DNA from: Podarcis melisellensis
Lineage: Eukaryota
Reading direction: 5' to 3' (one strand)
DNA: 64,000 bases
NCBI GenBank assembly: GCA_964234715.1
Contig: OZ174284.1
This document shows, in pieces, positions 63,928 to 64,000 of this stretch. The notes under the pieces were generated by a model. That model worked only from the letters and a program-made list of their open reading frames with translations, had not been told where the DNA came from and did no database searches. Made by a program: the position numbers and the translations under genes. Every line of letters begins with the position of its first letter. Position 1 is the stretch's first letter.

Positions 63928-64000
63928 ACCTTAAATCAAACAATGATAAAAGGAATTCTGGGTTTGCTTGTGTTACTGGTTTTGGGGAAGGGAAGATCAA

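Larger units (their letters stand above)
1..64000 (-). other. MICAL3: MICAL3 gene body (partial: internal exons and introns; both ends lie outside the window)
   Basis: Twenty GT-AG exons chain in frame. The peptides match MICAL3-diagnostic motifs: [17 protein letters not shown] (LIM), RGTPERIELENYR, DLGGVPWKEAVRIH, LVEEFWMKSAEIRRSLGLTP, EIPFADDVEDTYD, KAARRQAKQEELKRLHRAQ. Confidence 0.97.

Noticed and set aside
1-64000. CRISPR array, operon, viral insert, nested gene or recognisable snoRNA/miRNA
   Set aside because: No regularly spaced repeat-spacer structure, and no long ORF other than MICAL3 and LINE remnants. The remaining 60-160 aa ORFs look like intronic noise. A small ncRNA cannot be excluded without an Rfam/Infernal search.

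Overview
Vertebrate genomic DNA from a squamate reptile; a near-intact Sauria SINE of the Podarcis type suggests a lacertid lizard. The whole window lies inside one minus-strand gene, MICAL3 (F-actin monooxygenase). I reconstructed 20 coding exons by hand. They chain in a continuous frame with matching splice phases, running from the linker upstream of the LIM domain, through the LIM domain, the acidic and proline-rich region and a 1858-nt exon, into the start of the C-terminal bMERB (Rab-binding coiled-coil) domain. The monooxygenase and CH exons lie beyond 64000 and the last bMERB exons lie below 1. The introns hold CR1 and L2 LINE fragments, Sauria and other tRNA-derived SINEs, and several hAT-type MITEs with 8-bp target-site duplications (TSDs). 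There is no prokaryote-type system such as a CRISPR array or operon, and I cannot support a wholly new gene. The best signals concern isoform architecture: (1) a read-through alternative last exon giving a short MICAL3 that lacks bMERB and ends in a hydrophobic tail, with candidate polyA sites; (2) frame-preserving cassette exons, two followed by triple UGCAUG (RBFOX) clusters; (3) an exon whose expected 3' splice AG is missing; (4) two abutting perfect hairpins; (5) a MITE resembling a horizontally transferred hAT family. All comparisons to human MICAL3 and to repeat families are from memory and need checking.
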